In this document: positions 18,821 to 30,012 of the stretch, piece by piece
Layout of the letters: each line of letters opens with the position of its first letter
How positions within the stretch are numbered: the stretch's first letter is position 1
Assembly (NCBI GenBank): GCA_902604065.1
Contig: CACKXF010000001.1
Span: forward strand, 2,552 to 66,551
DNA length: 64,000 nucleotides
Source of the DNA: an uncultured Pelagibacteraceae bacterium
GTDB taxonomy: Bacteria; Pseudomonadota; Alphaproteobacteria; Pelagibacterales; Pelagibacteraceae
Direction: 5' to 3'
Translations under genes and position numbers: made by a program
Notes under the pieces: generated by a model
Seen by the model: the letters and a program-made list of their open reading frames with translations, nothing else
The model's database searches: none
What the model was told of the DNA's origin: nothing

Positions 18821-20180
18821 TGCTAAAAATCTCTTCTATTTCTTTTAATTGATCTCTCTTAGCTAATAATATAACTAAATCGTCTTTTTCAAAAATAAAA
18901 TCAGAACGAGGAATTAAAACTTGATTTTTTCTTACGACAGATCCAATTCTTATATTTTCTGGTAAATTACTTTCTTTAATATTTTTATTAACTAATTCAG
19001 AACTCTCTAATACTTTTGCTTCAATGAACTCATATTCACCATCTAAAAGAGAGTATACAGAACCAATAGTTCCTTTATGAACATGTTCCATTATTCTAGA
19101 AACTGTAGTCATTCGTGGGTCAACTAAGTCATCTATATTTAAAGAGCTTTGAAGCAAACTATAATTTGATTTATTTACAATCGCTATAGTTCTTTTTTTA
19201 AGACCAGTTTTTTCAGCTAATACACATGCCATAATATTATTTTCATCATCATTCGTTAATGCTAAAACAGTTTCTGAATCTTCTAAATTTGCTTCTTTAA
19301 GAATTTCCTCATCTAGGGCATCTCCATTTATAACTATTGAAGATGATAATTCTGTCGCAATTTCTTCGGCGCGATCTTTATTTTTCTCTATAATTTTTAT
19401 TCTAGTTCCTTCAAAATTTTCCTCAAGCATTTTAGCTAAATGAAAACCAATGTTTCCTCCTCCAATAATTAATATTTTTTTTGAAGTTTTTTCCTCATGA
19501 CCAAACGCTTTTAAAATTTGGATTAGTTGATCACTACTAACTACAACATATACATTATCTCCCTCTAAAAGTTTGTCATTTTTTTTTAAAAAATAAAATT
19601 TTTCTTTTCTTACTAATCCAACTATATTTGCTTTAAAATTAGGAAATTTTTCAGTAAGTTTTGTTAGTGTAACGTTTGCAACTGGGCAATTTTTTTCTAT
19701 TGCTATCTCTAGCATTTTAACTTTATTATTGGCAAAAGGTACGTTGTCTAATGCACCAGGCGCTTCGAGTCTTCGAAATAGAGATTTAGCAACTTCCTTT
19801 TCTGGAGAAATAATTACATCAATTGGTATGTTTGATTTATTGTAAAGTTTATTCCATTTACCTTCTAAAAAATCTTTAGTTCTTATTCTTGCTATTTTTT
19901 TGGATATATTAAATAAAGAACTTGCTAATTGGCAAACAACCATATTTGTTTCATCATTTCTTGTCACAGCGATTATCATATCAGTACTTTCTGCTCCTGC
20001 ATTTTCTAGTACTGATGGCAAGCTAGCTCTACCTACGATACCTTTTGCATCTTGAGTATCATTTATTCTTTTAATATCCTCCGAAGACTGATCTATAACA
20101 GTTACAGAGTGCCCTTGTGATGATAGTTGTTTGCTTATAGAAAAACCAACTTTACCTGCGCCACAAATAATAATATTCAT
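18813..20180 (-). CDS. trkA: Trk potassium uptake NAD-binding subunit
   Basis: Two RCK domains (GAGKVG and GGGNIG). Follows ntrX. Confidence 0.95.
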   Translation of the reverse strand: MNIIICGAGKVGFSISKQLSSQGHSVTVIDQSSEDIKRINDTQDAKGIVGRASLPSVLENAGAESTDMIIAVTRNDETNMVVCQLASSLFNISKKIARIRTKDFLEGKWNKLYNKSNIPIDVIISPEKEVAKSLFRRLEAPGALDNVPFANNKVKMLEIAIEKNCPVANVTLTKLTEKFPNFKANIVGLVRKEKFYFLKKNDKLLEGDNVYVVVSSDQLIQILKAFGHEEKTSKKILIIGGGNIGFHLAKMLEENFEGTRIKIIEKNKDRAEEIATELSSSIVINGDALDEEILKEANLEDSETVLALTNDDENNIMACVLAEKTGLKKRTIAIVNKSNYSLLQSSLNIDDLVDPRMTTVSRIMEHVHKGTIGSVYSLLDGEYEFIEAKVLESSELVNKNIKESNLPENIRIGSVVRKNQVLIPRSDFIFEKDDLVILLAKRDQLKEIEEIFSII

Positions 20181-21551
20181 TTAATTTATACCTTTAATGC
20201 CTAGTAATTTTAGTTTTCGATGTAAAGCTGAACGTTCCATTCCAATAAAATCAGCTGTTTTAGAAATGTTACCATGATTTTTTTTAAGCTGAATGATAAG
20301 ATATTCTTTTTCAAATTGTTCTCTGGCTTCTTTCAGCGGAGAGGAAAAGGTGGTTTTTGCATACAAATCATTTTCTTTATAGCTTTTTGTTGACAATATA
20401 TCAGTTATCATTTTTCCAATATTATCTTTACTTTCATTCGTTGAAAGTATTGTTACTCTCTCAATTAAATTCCTTAACTCTCTAACATTTCCTGGCCAGT
20501 TATAAGTATAAAGTTTATCATTATTTGTATCTATTTCTATTTCTTGAACACCATTTATTTCTGATATTTTTTTTTTAAAATATTCTATTAAAAGTGGGAT
20601 ATCTTCGGTCCTTTCTGCAAGAGAGCTGGTTTCTATTGGAACTACATTAAGTCTATGAAACAGATCCTCTCTAAATCTTCCAGATGAAACTTCCTCATTC
20701 ATATTTTTAGAAGTAGATGAAATTATTCTGATATTAACATTAATTGATTTCTTTCCATTTACTCTTGTAAATTTTTGATCAATTAGAACTCTAAGTATAT
20801 TTGCTTGAGTCAAGATTGGAATTTCAGCTATCTCATCGATCAGCAGTGTTCCTTTGTCAGCTTTATCTAAAGCTCCAAATGAAATAGTCCCGTCATCAAA
20901 CTCTTGACCAAATAATTCTTTTTCGTAAGTATTCTCTTTCAAAGAAGCAGCATTAATCACTATAAAAGGTTTGTCTTTTCTAATGGAATATTTATGAATT
21001 TTTCTAGCTACTAATTCTTTACCTGAACCAGTCGGTCCGCTTACTAAAACCCTGCTTTCGGTAGAAGATAATTTCTCTATAGTTTTTCTGATTTTTGATA
21101 TTGATGGGCTTTTCCCAATTAAATCAAAAGAATGAAATAACTTATTTTCTATTAATTCCCTCTCCGCTTTAAGTGAAGCTGCTTCAAGTGCTCTGTTTAC
21201 ATAGTTGAGAAGCTTATCCGCAGAAAAAGAAGCTCCTTTTTCAATAAATTCATAAGCACCTAATCTTATTGACTCGAGCGCTATTGGTACGGTGGCATGA
21301 CCAGATATCATTATAACTGGAACTGAGTTATTTTTTTTATTTATTAATTTTAAAAGATCAATTCCATCTTTGTCGGTTTTGTCAAGCTTAATGTCTATTA
21401 TGGCTAAATCAGGGATTTTTTTATTTATTTCTAAAACTGCTTGATCATAATTAGCCGCAGATCTTATATTATAATTATTTTCTTTTAAAATATTGCATAT
21501 TAGAAATCTTATATCCGGGTTGTCATCTATAACTAAAATTTCTTTATTCAT
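20181..21551 (-). CDS. ntrX: Response regulator NtrX
   Basis: REC domain, AAA+ (GPTGSGKE, WPGNVREL) and HTH (MERSALHRKLK). Confidence 0.93.
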   Translation of the reverse strand: MNKEILVIDDNPDIRFLICNILKENNYNIRSAANYDQAVLEINKKIPDLAIIDIKLDKTDKDGIDLLKLINKKNNSVPVIMISGHATVPIALESIRLGAYEFIEKGASFSADKLLNYVNRALEAASLKAERELIENKLFHSFDLIGKSPSISKIRKTIEKLSSTESRVLVSGPTGSGKELVARKIHKYSIRKDKPFIVINAASLKENTYEKELFGQEFDDGTISFGALDKADKGTLLIDEIAEIPILTQANILRVLIDQKFTRVNGKKSINVNIRIISSTSKNMNEEVSSGRFREDLFHRLNVVPIETSSLAERTEDIPLLIEYFKKKISEINGVQEIEIDTNNDKLYTYNWPGNVRELRNLIERVTILSTNESKDNIGKMITDILSTKSYKENDLYAKTTFSSPLKEAREQFEKEYLIIQLKKNHGNISKTADFIGMERSALHRKLKLLGIKGIN

Positions 21552-23321
21552 TTAATCTACACTGGGCAACCAAATTTCAATAGTAGTCCCCTCTTTGTTA
21601 TTTATAATAATCTCCCCTGAATGTTCATTTATAATCTTATTCACAATTGGTAAGCCTAAACCTGTTCCACTTTTTTTAGTGGTAAAATAAGGTGTCATTG
21701 CTTTTTTTTTGTCCGATATTCCTTCACCATTATCAATAATAAAAATCACTATATAATCATTATTTCTATTAATTTCTATGTCAATTTTACCCTTATATTC
21801 AGGCTTTTTATTAGTAATTTCCGAAATAGACTCGTCTGCATTTTTAATTAAATTAATAAAAACTCTATTAATTTGTTCTTCGTCACAGTTAACAAAAAAA
21901 TTTTTACTGTTAACTTTATTGTTAATTTTACACTTAGTAGATATTTCTAAAAATTTGATCGAACGAATTATGATTTCTGATATATCTTTTTTCTTAAAAA
22001 CTGGCCTAGGCATTCTAGCAAAGTTTGAAAATTCATTAACTAATTTTTCAATATCTTTAATTTGTCTATTAATCGTATCAAGATAACTTTGAAATTGTTT
22101 TTTTTCACTTCCAGCTATTGAAGAGTATTTATCTCTTAATCTATCAATGGAAAGCTGTATAGGAGTTAAAGGATTTTTGATTTCATGGGCAAGTTTTCTA
22201 GCAACTGTTTCCCATGCTTCGTATCTTTCTGTAGCCAATAATTTATCCTGTTGTTTTTTTAATCTGATAATCATATTGTTAAAATTAGAATTTAACATTT
22301 TAAATTCATCATCAGCATCTATTTCGGGGACTTTAGTATCTAATTCTCCTTTACTGATATTTTCGGAAGCTCCGATTAAATTAACTATAGGTTTAGTTAA
22401 TCTTCTTGCAAAAGTAATAGCAATCGCGGTAGATAAAAATAAAAGTAGCGTTACTACGATAATATAAATAATTGCGAAAGTAATCTTAATTCCGGTTTGA
22501 TTATTTTCAACAGAATAGTAAAAACTAACTGCTTGTTCAGTTTCATTTAAAAATTTCAATATATTTGGATCAATATTTCGTGATATATAAAGATAAGTAT
22601 CAATGAAAGAATTCAACTTTATCATGACTGAAGTTTTACTTTCAAAATTACCTGGAATTAAAACAGGCAGTTTTTTCAATGCCTCATCAAATATTTCTTC
22701 TTCTGGTACTACAAAATTATTATCATCAATACTAGAATCTGATATTAAAATATTTCCTGCACTATCAATTAAGTAAACATCATCAATTCTTCTAAGAATT
22801 TTTTCTGCATTGATTACTCTAATAAATTGTTTTGGATTTGAATAAAATAAATTTGAAGCTCTATTTAAACCAACGCTCATCAAAATTACGTCAGATTTAA
22901 CATTTTTTTTGCTTTCTTCTAAATAGTTTTTAGCCACATCATTTGAATTATTCACTGCCGTAGTTATCTGGTCATCAAAATATTTTTGTAAGCCAAAATT
23001 AAATATAAATAATGAAAAAATTGCTACTAGCAATGAAGGGATAAAGGTAAAAAGTGAAAATAAAGAAACATATTTAAGATTTGTCTGAGAGCCAGACTTG
23101 TTTTTTTTACCTGCACTATAAAACCTTATAAAATTTTTAAAGATTAAATAAAAAAAGATTAGCAATAATACTATATCGATTGATAAAAGAATTAGTAAAT
23201 TTTGCTCATTTAGAGGCACAAAACCTTCATTTATAAAAGTAAGGAAAGTTATAATCCCCAGAAAAATACAAGTAATTGAAGATAAAATAATCCAGTTAAA
23301 GTTTTTAATTATTTTAAACAT
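21552..23321 (-). CDS. ntrY: Sensor histidine kinase NtrY
   Basis: TM segments, HAMP, ARKLAHEIKNPLTPIQLS and GTGLGL. Confidence 0.92.
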   Translation of the reverse strand: MFKIIKNFNWIILSSITCIFLGIITFLTFINEGFVPLNEQNLLILLSIDIVLLLIFFYLIFKNFIRFYSAGKKNKSGSQTNLKYVSLFSLFTFIPSLLVAIFSLFIFNFGLQKYFDDQITTAVNNSNDVAKNYLEESKKNVKSDVILMSVGLNRASNLFYSNPKQFIRVINAEKILRRIDDVYLIDSAGNILISDSSIDDNNFVVPEEEIFDEALKKLPVLIPGNFESKTSVMIKLNSFIDTYLYISRNIDPNILKFLNETEQAVSFYYSVENNQTGIKITFAIIYIIVVTLLLFLSTAIAITFARRLTKPIVNLIGASENISKGELDTKVPEIDADDEFKMLNSNFNNMIIRLKKQQDKLLATERYEAWETVARKLAHEIKNPLTPIQLSIDRLRDKYSSIAGSEKKQFQSYLDTINRQIKDIEKLVNEFSNFARMPRPVFKKKDISEIIIRSIKFLEISTKCKINNKVNSKNFFVNCDEEQINRVFINLIKNADESISEITNKKPEYKGKIDIEINRNNDYIVIFIIDNGEGISDKKKAMTPYFTTKKSGTGLGLPIVNKIINEHSGEIIINNKEGTTIEIWLPSVD

Positions 23322-23361
23322 ATAATTAACTATTTATATAAATATACTATAAGTTATTACA

Positions 23362-24507
23362 ATGAGTTTTTGTTTAATAATATTAGCTGCTGGAAATAGT
23401 TACAGATTTAAATCAAAATTACCTAAACCATATCTAAAAATAGGGGGTAAATCATTAATTGAAATCAATATAGAGAAAGCAAGTAAGATTAGAAAAATTA
23501 GAAAAATTTTGCTTATTTACAACAAGAAAGATATTAAACATTTAAAAAAACTAAAAATCAAAAACGTAAAAATTATTAAAGGTGGCAAATCTAGACAAGA
23601 ATCTACTTTTAATGGGCTAAAACATATTATTAAAGATAAAAAAATTAAGGGTGTGCTTATACATGATGCTGCGAGACCAAACTTTTCTACTAGATTGATT
23701 TATTCTATTTTAAGTAATATGAAAAAAAATAATGTGGTCATACCTAAAATTAAAATTGATGATGCAGTTAAACAAGTATTTGATAACAATATAGATGAAT
23801 ATATAGTTGGTAAAGAAAGAGAAAATCTTTTTTTAACTCAAACACCCCAATGTTTTAGACTTAATGAAATTTATAATTTACATAAAAAAAACAAAAAAAA
23901 ATATCAAGATGATGACATTTCACTCTATTCAGATTTAAATAAGGTAAAGTTTATTGAAGGAGAAAAAGAAAATTTTAAAATTACTACAATTGAAGATTTT
24001 AAACTGTTAAAAAAAATATATAAATCTAAAATCACATTAGGTATCGGATTTGATGTACATCGTTTGGTTCATGGTAGAAAATTATATTTAGGAGGTTTAA
24101 AAATAAATTCTAAACTTGGAACTCTTGGTCATTCTGACGGGGATCCCGTATTACACTCAATAACAGATGCGATCCTTGGTGCCTGTAAAATGGGAGATAT
24201 AGGGCGAATGTTTTCGGATAAAAGCAAAAAATTTAAAAACATAAGATCAACTATTTTACTTAAAGAAGTGATGAAAAAAATAAAAGAAAAAGGTTTTTTT
24301 GTAAACAATATAGATATAAATATTATTACTCAAACTCCAAAAATTAATAATTATAAAAATAAAATGATAAAAAGTATTTCTAAACTATGTGAAATTTCAG
24401 AAAGTCAAATTAATATTAAAGGTAAAACTACAGAAAAGTTAGGTGTTATAGGAAGAGAAAAAGCTATTGCTTGTGAAGTTATAACTTCCGTAATTAAATA
24501 TGATTAA
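23362..24507 (+). CDS. ispDF: Bifunctional IspD/IspF
   Basis: LAAG, IHDAARP and QTPQ, followed by GFDVH and HSDGD. Confidence 0.95.
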   Translation: MSFCLIILAAGNSYRFKSKLPKPYLKIGGKSLIEINIEKASKIRKIRKILLIYNKKDIKHLKKLKIKNVKIIKGGKSRQESTFNGLKHIIKDKKIKGVLIHDAARPNFSTRLIYSILSNMKKNNVVIPKIKIDDAVKQVFDNNIDEYIVGKERENLFLTQTPQCFRLNEIYNLHKKNKKKYQDDDISLYSDLNKVKFIEGEKENFKITTIEDFKLLKKIYKSKITLGIGFDVHRLVHGRKLYLGGLKINSKLGTLGHSDGDPVLHSITDAILGACKMGDIGRMFSDKSKKFKNIRSTILLKEVMKKIKEKGFFVNNIDINIITQTPKINNYKNKMIKSISKLCEISESQINIKGKTTEKLGVIGREKAIACEVITSVIKYD

Positions 24508-25000
24508 AAAATTTAATTATTTATTCGTTACTTTTTTTGGAATAGGAACTGTTAGATACGCGCCAGGCACAACTACTTCTTTTATAACAACTATTCTTCT
24601 TTTTAGTTTTTTCCATATTATAAATTTATCAAGCTTTATAATATTATTTTTTCTTATATTAATATTCCTGTATTCATTTAATGCAGTAGCTGATTATATT
24701 AATAAAAATGAAAATAAAGATCCCAAAGAAGTAGTAATCGATGAGGTAATAGGTCAAGCTATTCCAATATATCTTTATGAAATGGCTCACGAAACAACAA
24801 AAAATTTAGAAGAAACCTTTTTATATTATATTTATATTTTTATTTTATTTAGGTTTTTTGATATCAAAAAACCTTTTCCTATAAGTTACTTTGATAAAAA
24901 TCAAAAAAATAGTTTTGGAGTTATTATGGATGATGTTATAGCGGGACTTTATGTAGTATTAACCTTAATAATATTTATGGTTATTAAGTCTAAATTATAA
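24500..25000 (+). CDS. pgpA: Phosphatidylglycerophosphatase A
   Basis: APGT, DPKEVVIDEVIG, FRFFDIKKP and MDDVIAG. Confidence 0.92.
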   Translation: MIKKFNYLFVTFFGIGTVRYAPGTTTSFITTILLFSFFHIINLSSFIILFFLILIFLYSFNAVADYINKNENKDPKEVVIDEVIGQAIPIYLYEMAHETTKNLEETFLYYIYIFILFRFFDIKKPFPISYFDKNQKNSFGVIMDDVIAGLYVVLTLIIFMVIKSKL

Positions 25001-25002
25001 AC

Positions 25003-25470
25003 ATGAATTTAAATAAAAAAGTTGTATCGCTTTTAAAAAGAAAAAAAATTACATTAGCTATAGCTGAATCTTGTACTGGCGGAATGCTTTCAAGCTCTAT
25101 AACTTCTATAAGTGGTTCTTCTAAGATATTCACAATGGGGTTAGTCACATATTCCAATCAAGCTAAAAGAGAGGTATTGAGAGTTTCAAAAAAAATTATC
25201 AAAAGATATGGAGCGGTAAGTATTCAATGCTGCTTAGCTATGGTAAATAATTTAAGTAGAATAAGCAAAAGCAAATTGTGTATCTCTATAACTGGCATTG
25301 CTGGACCAAAAGGTGGCTCTAAACAAAAGCCTGTTGGATTAGTTTATATCGGGATAAAAAAAAATAAAATTGTCAAAATAAGTAAATATCTTATAAAAAA
25401 TCGAGGAAGAAATTACATACAAAAAACTACTGTGAATAAAGCTTTGAAATTAATTTATAACTTTCTCTAG
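25003..25470 (+). CDS. cinA: CinA C-terminal domain / NMN deamidase PncC
   Basis: AESCTGG, TYSN and ITGIAGP. Confidence 0.9.
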   Translation: MNLNKKVVSLLKRKKITLAIAESCTGGMLSSSITSISGSSKIFTMGLVTYSNQAKREVLRVSKKIIKRYGAVSIQCCLAMVNNLSRISKSKLCISITGIAGPKGGSKQKPVGLVYIGIKKNKIVKISKYLIKNRGRNYIQKTTVNKALKLIYNFL

Positions 25471-25743
25471 AATTTGCGCGGCTAAAATATTTGCTAAAAA
25501 GAAAATTACCAAAATATCAATATAAAGTAAAAATACCAATCTATTTCTAAGCCTTCTTTTTTTTAAAAAATTCGGTGTATCTGGACTGAAATCTTCTTTT
25601 TTATTTGGTTTAAAGTCATATGAAAACTTCCAGTAATTCATATCTGTCTCATTCGGATCACCTGTTTTAAAGTATTTGATATATTCCACTAGATACCACC
25701 AGCAAATTAAAAAAAAAATTATTAATAAGATTGTTCCTATCAT
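25450..25743 (-). CDS. Small hypothetical membrane protein (2 TM)
   Basis: 97 aa with hydrophobic ends. Start overlaps the stop of the upstream gene. Confidence 0.65.
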   Translation of the reverse strand: MIGTILLIIFFLICWWYLVEYIKYFKTGDPNETDMNYWKFSYDFKPNKKEDFSPDTPNFLKKRRLRNRLVFLLYIDILVIFFLANILAAQILEKVIN

Positions 25744-26186
25744 TATTTGTATAGTTCTTTAGCTCTTTTTTCAAAAGCATCAGCAATTTTATTTAAACCA
25801 AAATTAAATGATTTTTTCATTATGATATTTAATAAGTTATTTTTTAATTCAAAATCGATTTCAAATTCAAGTTGGGTAGAATGATTTATTTCTTTAAAAT
25901 TCCACTCATTTTTTAGATGAGTTAGCGGGCCATCAATATTAGTAACTAAAATTTTATCTTTTTCCTTATAATACAAAACTAGACTCGTATAAGTTTCATT
26001 AATAATCTTTTTCCCAACTTTTAAATCTGCTTTTATTTCTACTATATCTTTACTTTCTTTTCTCTCATAGATTTTTCCACTCAAACACCATGGAACAAAT
26101 TCAGGATATTTTTCTATATCTAAAACTAAATCAATTAATTGTTTTTTTTTACAAGAAATTATTTTTTTTATCGATGCGGACGACAT
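25743..26186 (-). CDS. ratA: RatA/PasT/Coq10 START-domain protein
   Basis: [15 protein letters not shown] and AFEKRA. Usual position after lipA. Confidence 0.88.
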   Translation of the reverse strand: MSSASIKKIISCKKKQLIDLVLDIEKYPEFVPWCLSGKIYERKESKDIVEIKADLKVGKKIINETYTSLVLYYKEKDKILVTNIDGPLTHLKNEWNFKEINHSTQLEFEIDFELKNNLLNIIMKKSFNFGLNKIADAFEKRAKELYK

Positions 26187-27115
26187 TCAACCCTATCAAG
26201 TCTTGCCTTTTGAAGTTTTCTAAAATCATCATCAGCATGATAAGACGATCTAGTAAGAGGTGATGAAGAAATTAAAAGAAAACCTTTAGTCTTTGCTATT
26301 GTCTCTAATTCTTTAAATTCATCTGGATGATAGTATTTTTTGAGAGGATGGTGTTTATTTGAGGGTTGCAAATATTGACCTATGGTAATAAAATCAACTT
26401 CGGCTGACCTTAGATCATCCATGACTTGAATAATTTCATCTTTAGTTTCACCTAGTCCTACCATTAGCCCAGATTTTGTAAAAATATTCTTATTCATTTT
26501 TTTTGCGTTTTTCAGTAATTCTAAAGAAGCAAAATATCTCGCTCCTGGTCTAACAGTTACATATAATCTTGGAATGGTTTCTATATTATGATTAAAGACA
26601 TCTGGATTTCCCTCTAGCACTTTTTTATAAGCTTCACCTTTTCTTAAAAAATCTGGAGTTAATACTTCAATAGAAGTATTCGGATTTTTTTTTCTTACTT
26701 GAGTTATTACCTGATAAAAATGATTTGATCCACCGTCTTCAAGATCATCCCTATCTACTGATGTGATAACAACGTGATTTAAATTTAGTTTTTTTACTGC
26801 ATTAGATATTTTAATTGGTTCGTAAATATCTAGATGAATTGGTTTTCCAGTTTTTACATCACAAAAAGCACAGGCTCGTGTACAAGTATCACCCATAATC
26901 ATAAAGGTAGCATGCTTTTTGCTCCAACATTCAGTAATATTAGGACAATTAGCTTCTTGGCAAACCGTAATTAAATTATTTTGATTAACTACTTTTTTTG
27001 TTTCAAAAAAAACTTTTGAATTAACAATTTTTGATCTAATCCAATTTGGTTTCTTTTTTATAGGGTTAATTGGTTTATTAACTTTTTCTGGATGTCGTTT
27101 ATCGCGATTTATCAT
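26168..27115 (-). CDS. lipA: Lipoyl synthase
   Basis: [20 protein letters not shown] and RSSYHA. Confidence 0.97.
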   Translation of the reverse strand: MINRDKRHPEKVNKPINPIKKKPNWIRSKIVNSKVFFETKKVVNQNNLITVCQEANCPNITECWSKKHATFMIMGDTCTRACAFCDVKTGKPIHLDIYEPIKISNAVKKLNLNHVVITSVDRDDLEDGGSNHFYQVITQVRKKNPNTSIEVLTPDFLRKGEAYKKVLEGNPDVFNHNIETIPRLYVTVRPGARYFASLELLKNAKKMNKNIFTKSGLMVGLGETKDEIIQVMDDLRSAEVDFITIGQYLQPSNKHHPLKKYYHPDEFKELETIAKTKGFLLISSSPLTRSSYHADDDFRKLQKARLDRVECRPHR

Positions 27116-27408
27116 TTTAGTTTAATTATTACCTCATCCGCTTTTCCAAATTTTAATTTTTCTCTATAGATAGTGTCTATAAAATCTAAATTTAAATTTG
27201 TAGATAATAGCATATTTTTTTTTTCTAATTCAGACAGCTCAGTTTTAAGTTCGTTTACTTTAAATTTTAATTGTTTTTCTAATTTGCTTTTCTCATAAAA
27301 TGAAATTAATCCTCTTTCACCACTAATTAAGCTCGTGATTATGTAGATTGAGAGAATAATATTTAAAAGTAATAACTTTTTTTTTTTTAAAAATTTATTT
27401 AAACTCAT
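27112..27408 (-). CDS. ftsB: Septum formation initiator FtsB
   Basis: TM segment, GERGL and a coiled coil. Directly after eno. Confidence 0.8.
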   Translation of the reverse strand: MSLNKFLKKKKLLLLNIILSIYIITSLISGERGLISFYEKSKLEKQLKFKVNELKTELSELEKKNMLLSTNLNLDFIDTIYREKLKFGKADEVIIKLK

Positions 27409-27410
27409 TG

Positions 27411-28667
27411 TTAAATTTTAGCTATTTTTGAGGAATTTCCAAGCTCCTCTTCGATCCTCAATAATCGATTATACTTGGAAACCCTCTCAGATCTGGCTAA
27501 AGACCCTGTTTTAATTTGGGAAGAATTTGTCGCAACTGCTAAATCAGCGATAAAAGTATCCTCTGAGTCGCCAGACCTATGAGATATTATAGTACTAAAA
27601 TTTGCTTTTTTTGCTTTAGAAATAACCTCTAAAGTTTCAGTTAATGTTCCTATTTGATTGGGTTTAATTAATATACTATTAGCTGATTTCTCATCAATAC
27701 CTTTAACTAATCGTTTTGAATTTGTAACAAATAAGTCATCTCCAACTATTTGAACAGTTTTACCGATTTCATTTGTAATTTTTTTCCAAGATTCCCAGTC
27801 TTCCTCAGCAAATGGATCTTCAATAGATTTAATTGGGTAGTTTGATATTAACTTCTTATAATAATTAATAACTTCATCAACAGACATAAAACTTTTTGAT
27901 TGTATAGAGTATTGCCTTTTATTGTTTATCAATTCATTAGCTGCTACATCTAAACAAATAACTATATCCTTGCCTGGTATTAAATTTGATTTTTCTATAG
28001 AGTCTACAATCAATTCTAAAGCATCTTCATTAGTACCAATAGATGGTGCAAAACCGCCTTCGTCACCAACATTTGTTAGCATTTTTTTTGACTTCAATAA
28101 TTTTTTTAAATTTTGAATTACCAAAAAGCATTTTTCAATCGCTTCCATAAAATTTTTAGCTGAGTCTGGTCTGATCATAAATTCTTGAATTTTTAAATCA
28201 TTGTCTGCATGAGCTCCACCGTTAATGATATTCATTAGTGGAATGGGGAGTGTAAAATTACTTCCTAAATTTTTAAAAAGAGATTTTTTATTTAATAAAG
28301 CTGAACATTTTGAATTAGCCAAAGATACTGCAAGCGTTGCATTAGCACCTAAGTTTATTTTGTTTTTGCTTCCATCTAATTCTAATAAAACTTTATCGAT
28401 ATCATTTTGGTTGTTAGGATTAAGATTTTTTAACTTAGAGGAAATTTTTTCATTTATATTATTTACTGCTATACTTACACTTTTGCCTAAGAATTTATTC
28501 TTATCTTTATCACGTAGCTCGTGGGCTTCGAACGCGCCAGTTGATGCTCCTGAAGGTGATATAGCTGTAGCAGATATGTTGTTATCTAAAAAAACTTCTG
28601 CCTCTACGGTAGGGTTTCCCCTACTATCAAAGACTTGTCGGCCTTTTACGTTTATGATTTTTGCCAT
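27411..28667 (-). CDS. eno: Enolase
   Basis: DSRGNPTVE, GDEGGFAP, SHRSG and QIKTG. Confidence 0.97.
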   Translation of the reverse strand: MAKIINVKGRQVFDSRGNPTVEAEVFLDNNISATAISPSGASTGAFEAHELRDKDKNKFLGKSVSIAVNNINEKISSKLKNLNPNNQNDIDKVLLELDGSKNKINLGANATLAVSLANSKCSALLNKKSLFKNLGSNFTLPIPLMNIINGGAHADNDLKIQEFMIRPDSAKNFMEAIEKCFLVIQNLKKLLKSKKMLTNVGDEGGFAPSIGTNEDALELIVDSIEKSNLIPGKDIVICLDVAANELINNKRQYSIQSKSFMSVDEVINYYKKLISNYPIKSIEDPFAEEDWESWKKITNEIGKTVQIVGDDLFVTNSKRLVKGIDEKSANSILIKPNQIGTLTETLEVISKAKKANFSTIISHRSGDSEDTFIADLAVATNSSQIKTGSLARSERVSKYNRLLRIEEELGNSSKIAKI

Positions 28668-28669
28668 TT

Positions 28670-29491
28670 TTATTTTATTAACTTGTCGATATCAGTTAAT
28701 TTTTTTAATAAATTTTTTATTTCTCTTAATGGTACCATGTTTGGACCATCTGATGGAGCGTTATCAGGGTCTTCATGTGTTTCTATAAAAATAGCACCAA
28801 CACCCACAGCTACAGCAGCACGGGCTAGGTAAGGTACAAATTCTCTTTGACCTCCACTTTTTTCTCCCATTCCTCCTGGCTGTTGCACTGAATGAGTTGC
28901 ATCAAAAACTATAGGAAAGCCAAATTTAGACATTATAGGCAAAGCTCTCATATCAGAAACTAAAGTGTTGTAACCAAAACTTGCTCCTCTTTCAGTAATC
29001 ATAATTTTTTTATTCCCTGAGTCTTCAATCTTTTTAATTACGTTATTCATATCCCAAGGTGCCAAAAATTGTCCTTTTTTAACATTGATAATTTTTCCTG
29101 TTTTAGCAGCAGCTACTAACAAATCCGTTTGTCTACATAAGAATGCAGGAATTTGTAATACATCCACATGTTCAGCAACTTTAAAACATTGTTCTGCAGT
29201 ATGTATATCTGTCAATACAGGTATTTTAAGTTCTTTTCTAATCTTATCAAATATAGCGAGTGATTTATCTAATCCTAGCCCCCTTTTACCTTTTAAACTT
29301 GTTCTGTTAGCTTTATCAAATGAAGTTTTATAAATAAAATTAATTCCTAACTCATTTGTAATCTTTTTTAGTTCCGTTGAAATTTTGATCGCATGTTTTT
29401 CATTTTCAAGCTGACAAGGTCCTGCTATCAATGTGAAGGGTTTATTGTTTGCAATCTCAAAATTCGCACATTTTATTTTATGATTTATCAT
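28670..29491 (-). CDS. kdsA: KDO8P synthase
   Basis: [13 protein letters not shown] and DATHSVQ. Confidence 0.97.
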   Translation of the reverse strand: MINHKIKCANFEIANNKPFTLIAGPCQLENEKHAIKISTELKKITNELGINFIYKTSFDKANRTSLKGKRGLGLDKSLAIFDKIRKELKIPVLTDIHTAEQCFKVAEHVDVLQIPAFLCRQTDLLVAAAKTGKIINVKKGQFLAPWDMNNVIKKIEDSGNKKIMITERGASFGYNTLVSDMRALPIMSKFGFPIVFDATHSVQQPGGMGEKSGGQREFVPYLARAAVAVGVGAIFIETHEDPDNAPSDGPNMVPLREIKNLLKKLTDIDKLIK

Positions 29492-30012
29492 TTTTTCAAA
29501 TTTATTTTTGCAGCTTTTATAAAAGAAGAGAATAAAGGATGCGGTGATAAAGGTCTAGATTTAAATTCAGGATGAAACTGAACACCAAAAAACCAAGGAT
29601 GATCTTTTAATTCTATAATTTCTGGCAACTTATTGTCAGGAGATAAACCTGAAAAAATCATGCCCTTTTTTTCAAAATCTTCTTTATAATTAATATTGAC
29701 TTCGTATCTATGGCGATGTCTCTCTTCTATTTTCAAAGTATTATATATTATACTTATTTTAGAGTCTTTTTTCAGTTTTGCTTCATAACTGCCCAATCGC
29801 ATTGTTCCGCCTAAATCTTTATCAGTGCCTCTCATTACTTTTCCATCTTTCATCCATTCACTCATTAAACCAACAACTGAAGCTTTTGAAGGGCCAAACT
29901 CACTTGAAGTAGCATTTTTTATATTTAATTTATTCCTAGCAAATTCTATTATTGCCATTTGCATACCAAAACAAATTCCTAAGAAAGGAATTTTATTTTT
30001 TCTTGAATAATT
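29488..30012 (-). pseudogene. pyrG: CTP synthase, C-terminal ~174-aa fragment only
   Basis: Frame is open from 30012 ([18 protein letters not shown]...RHRHRYE...QFHPE). TGA lies immediately upstream and the synthetase domain is absent. Confidence 0.92.

Noticed and set aside
20181-21551. NtrX AAA+ domain lacks the GAFTGA sigma54-contact loop
   Set aside because: A known general property of NtrX proteins, so not novel.
25743-26186. RatA/PasT as a toxin-antitoxin system
   Set aside because: This is a Coq10-like START protein in its usual position after lipA, with no RatB/PasI partner.
23322-27408. Missing dusB-ntrBC (before ntrY) and pdh genes (between ftsB and lipA) relative to typical alphaproteobacterial order
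   Set aside because: Flanking genes are intact and tightly packed, which fits ordinary lineage-level streamlining rather than additional breakpoints.
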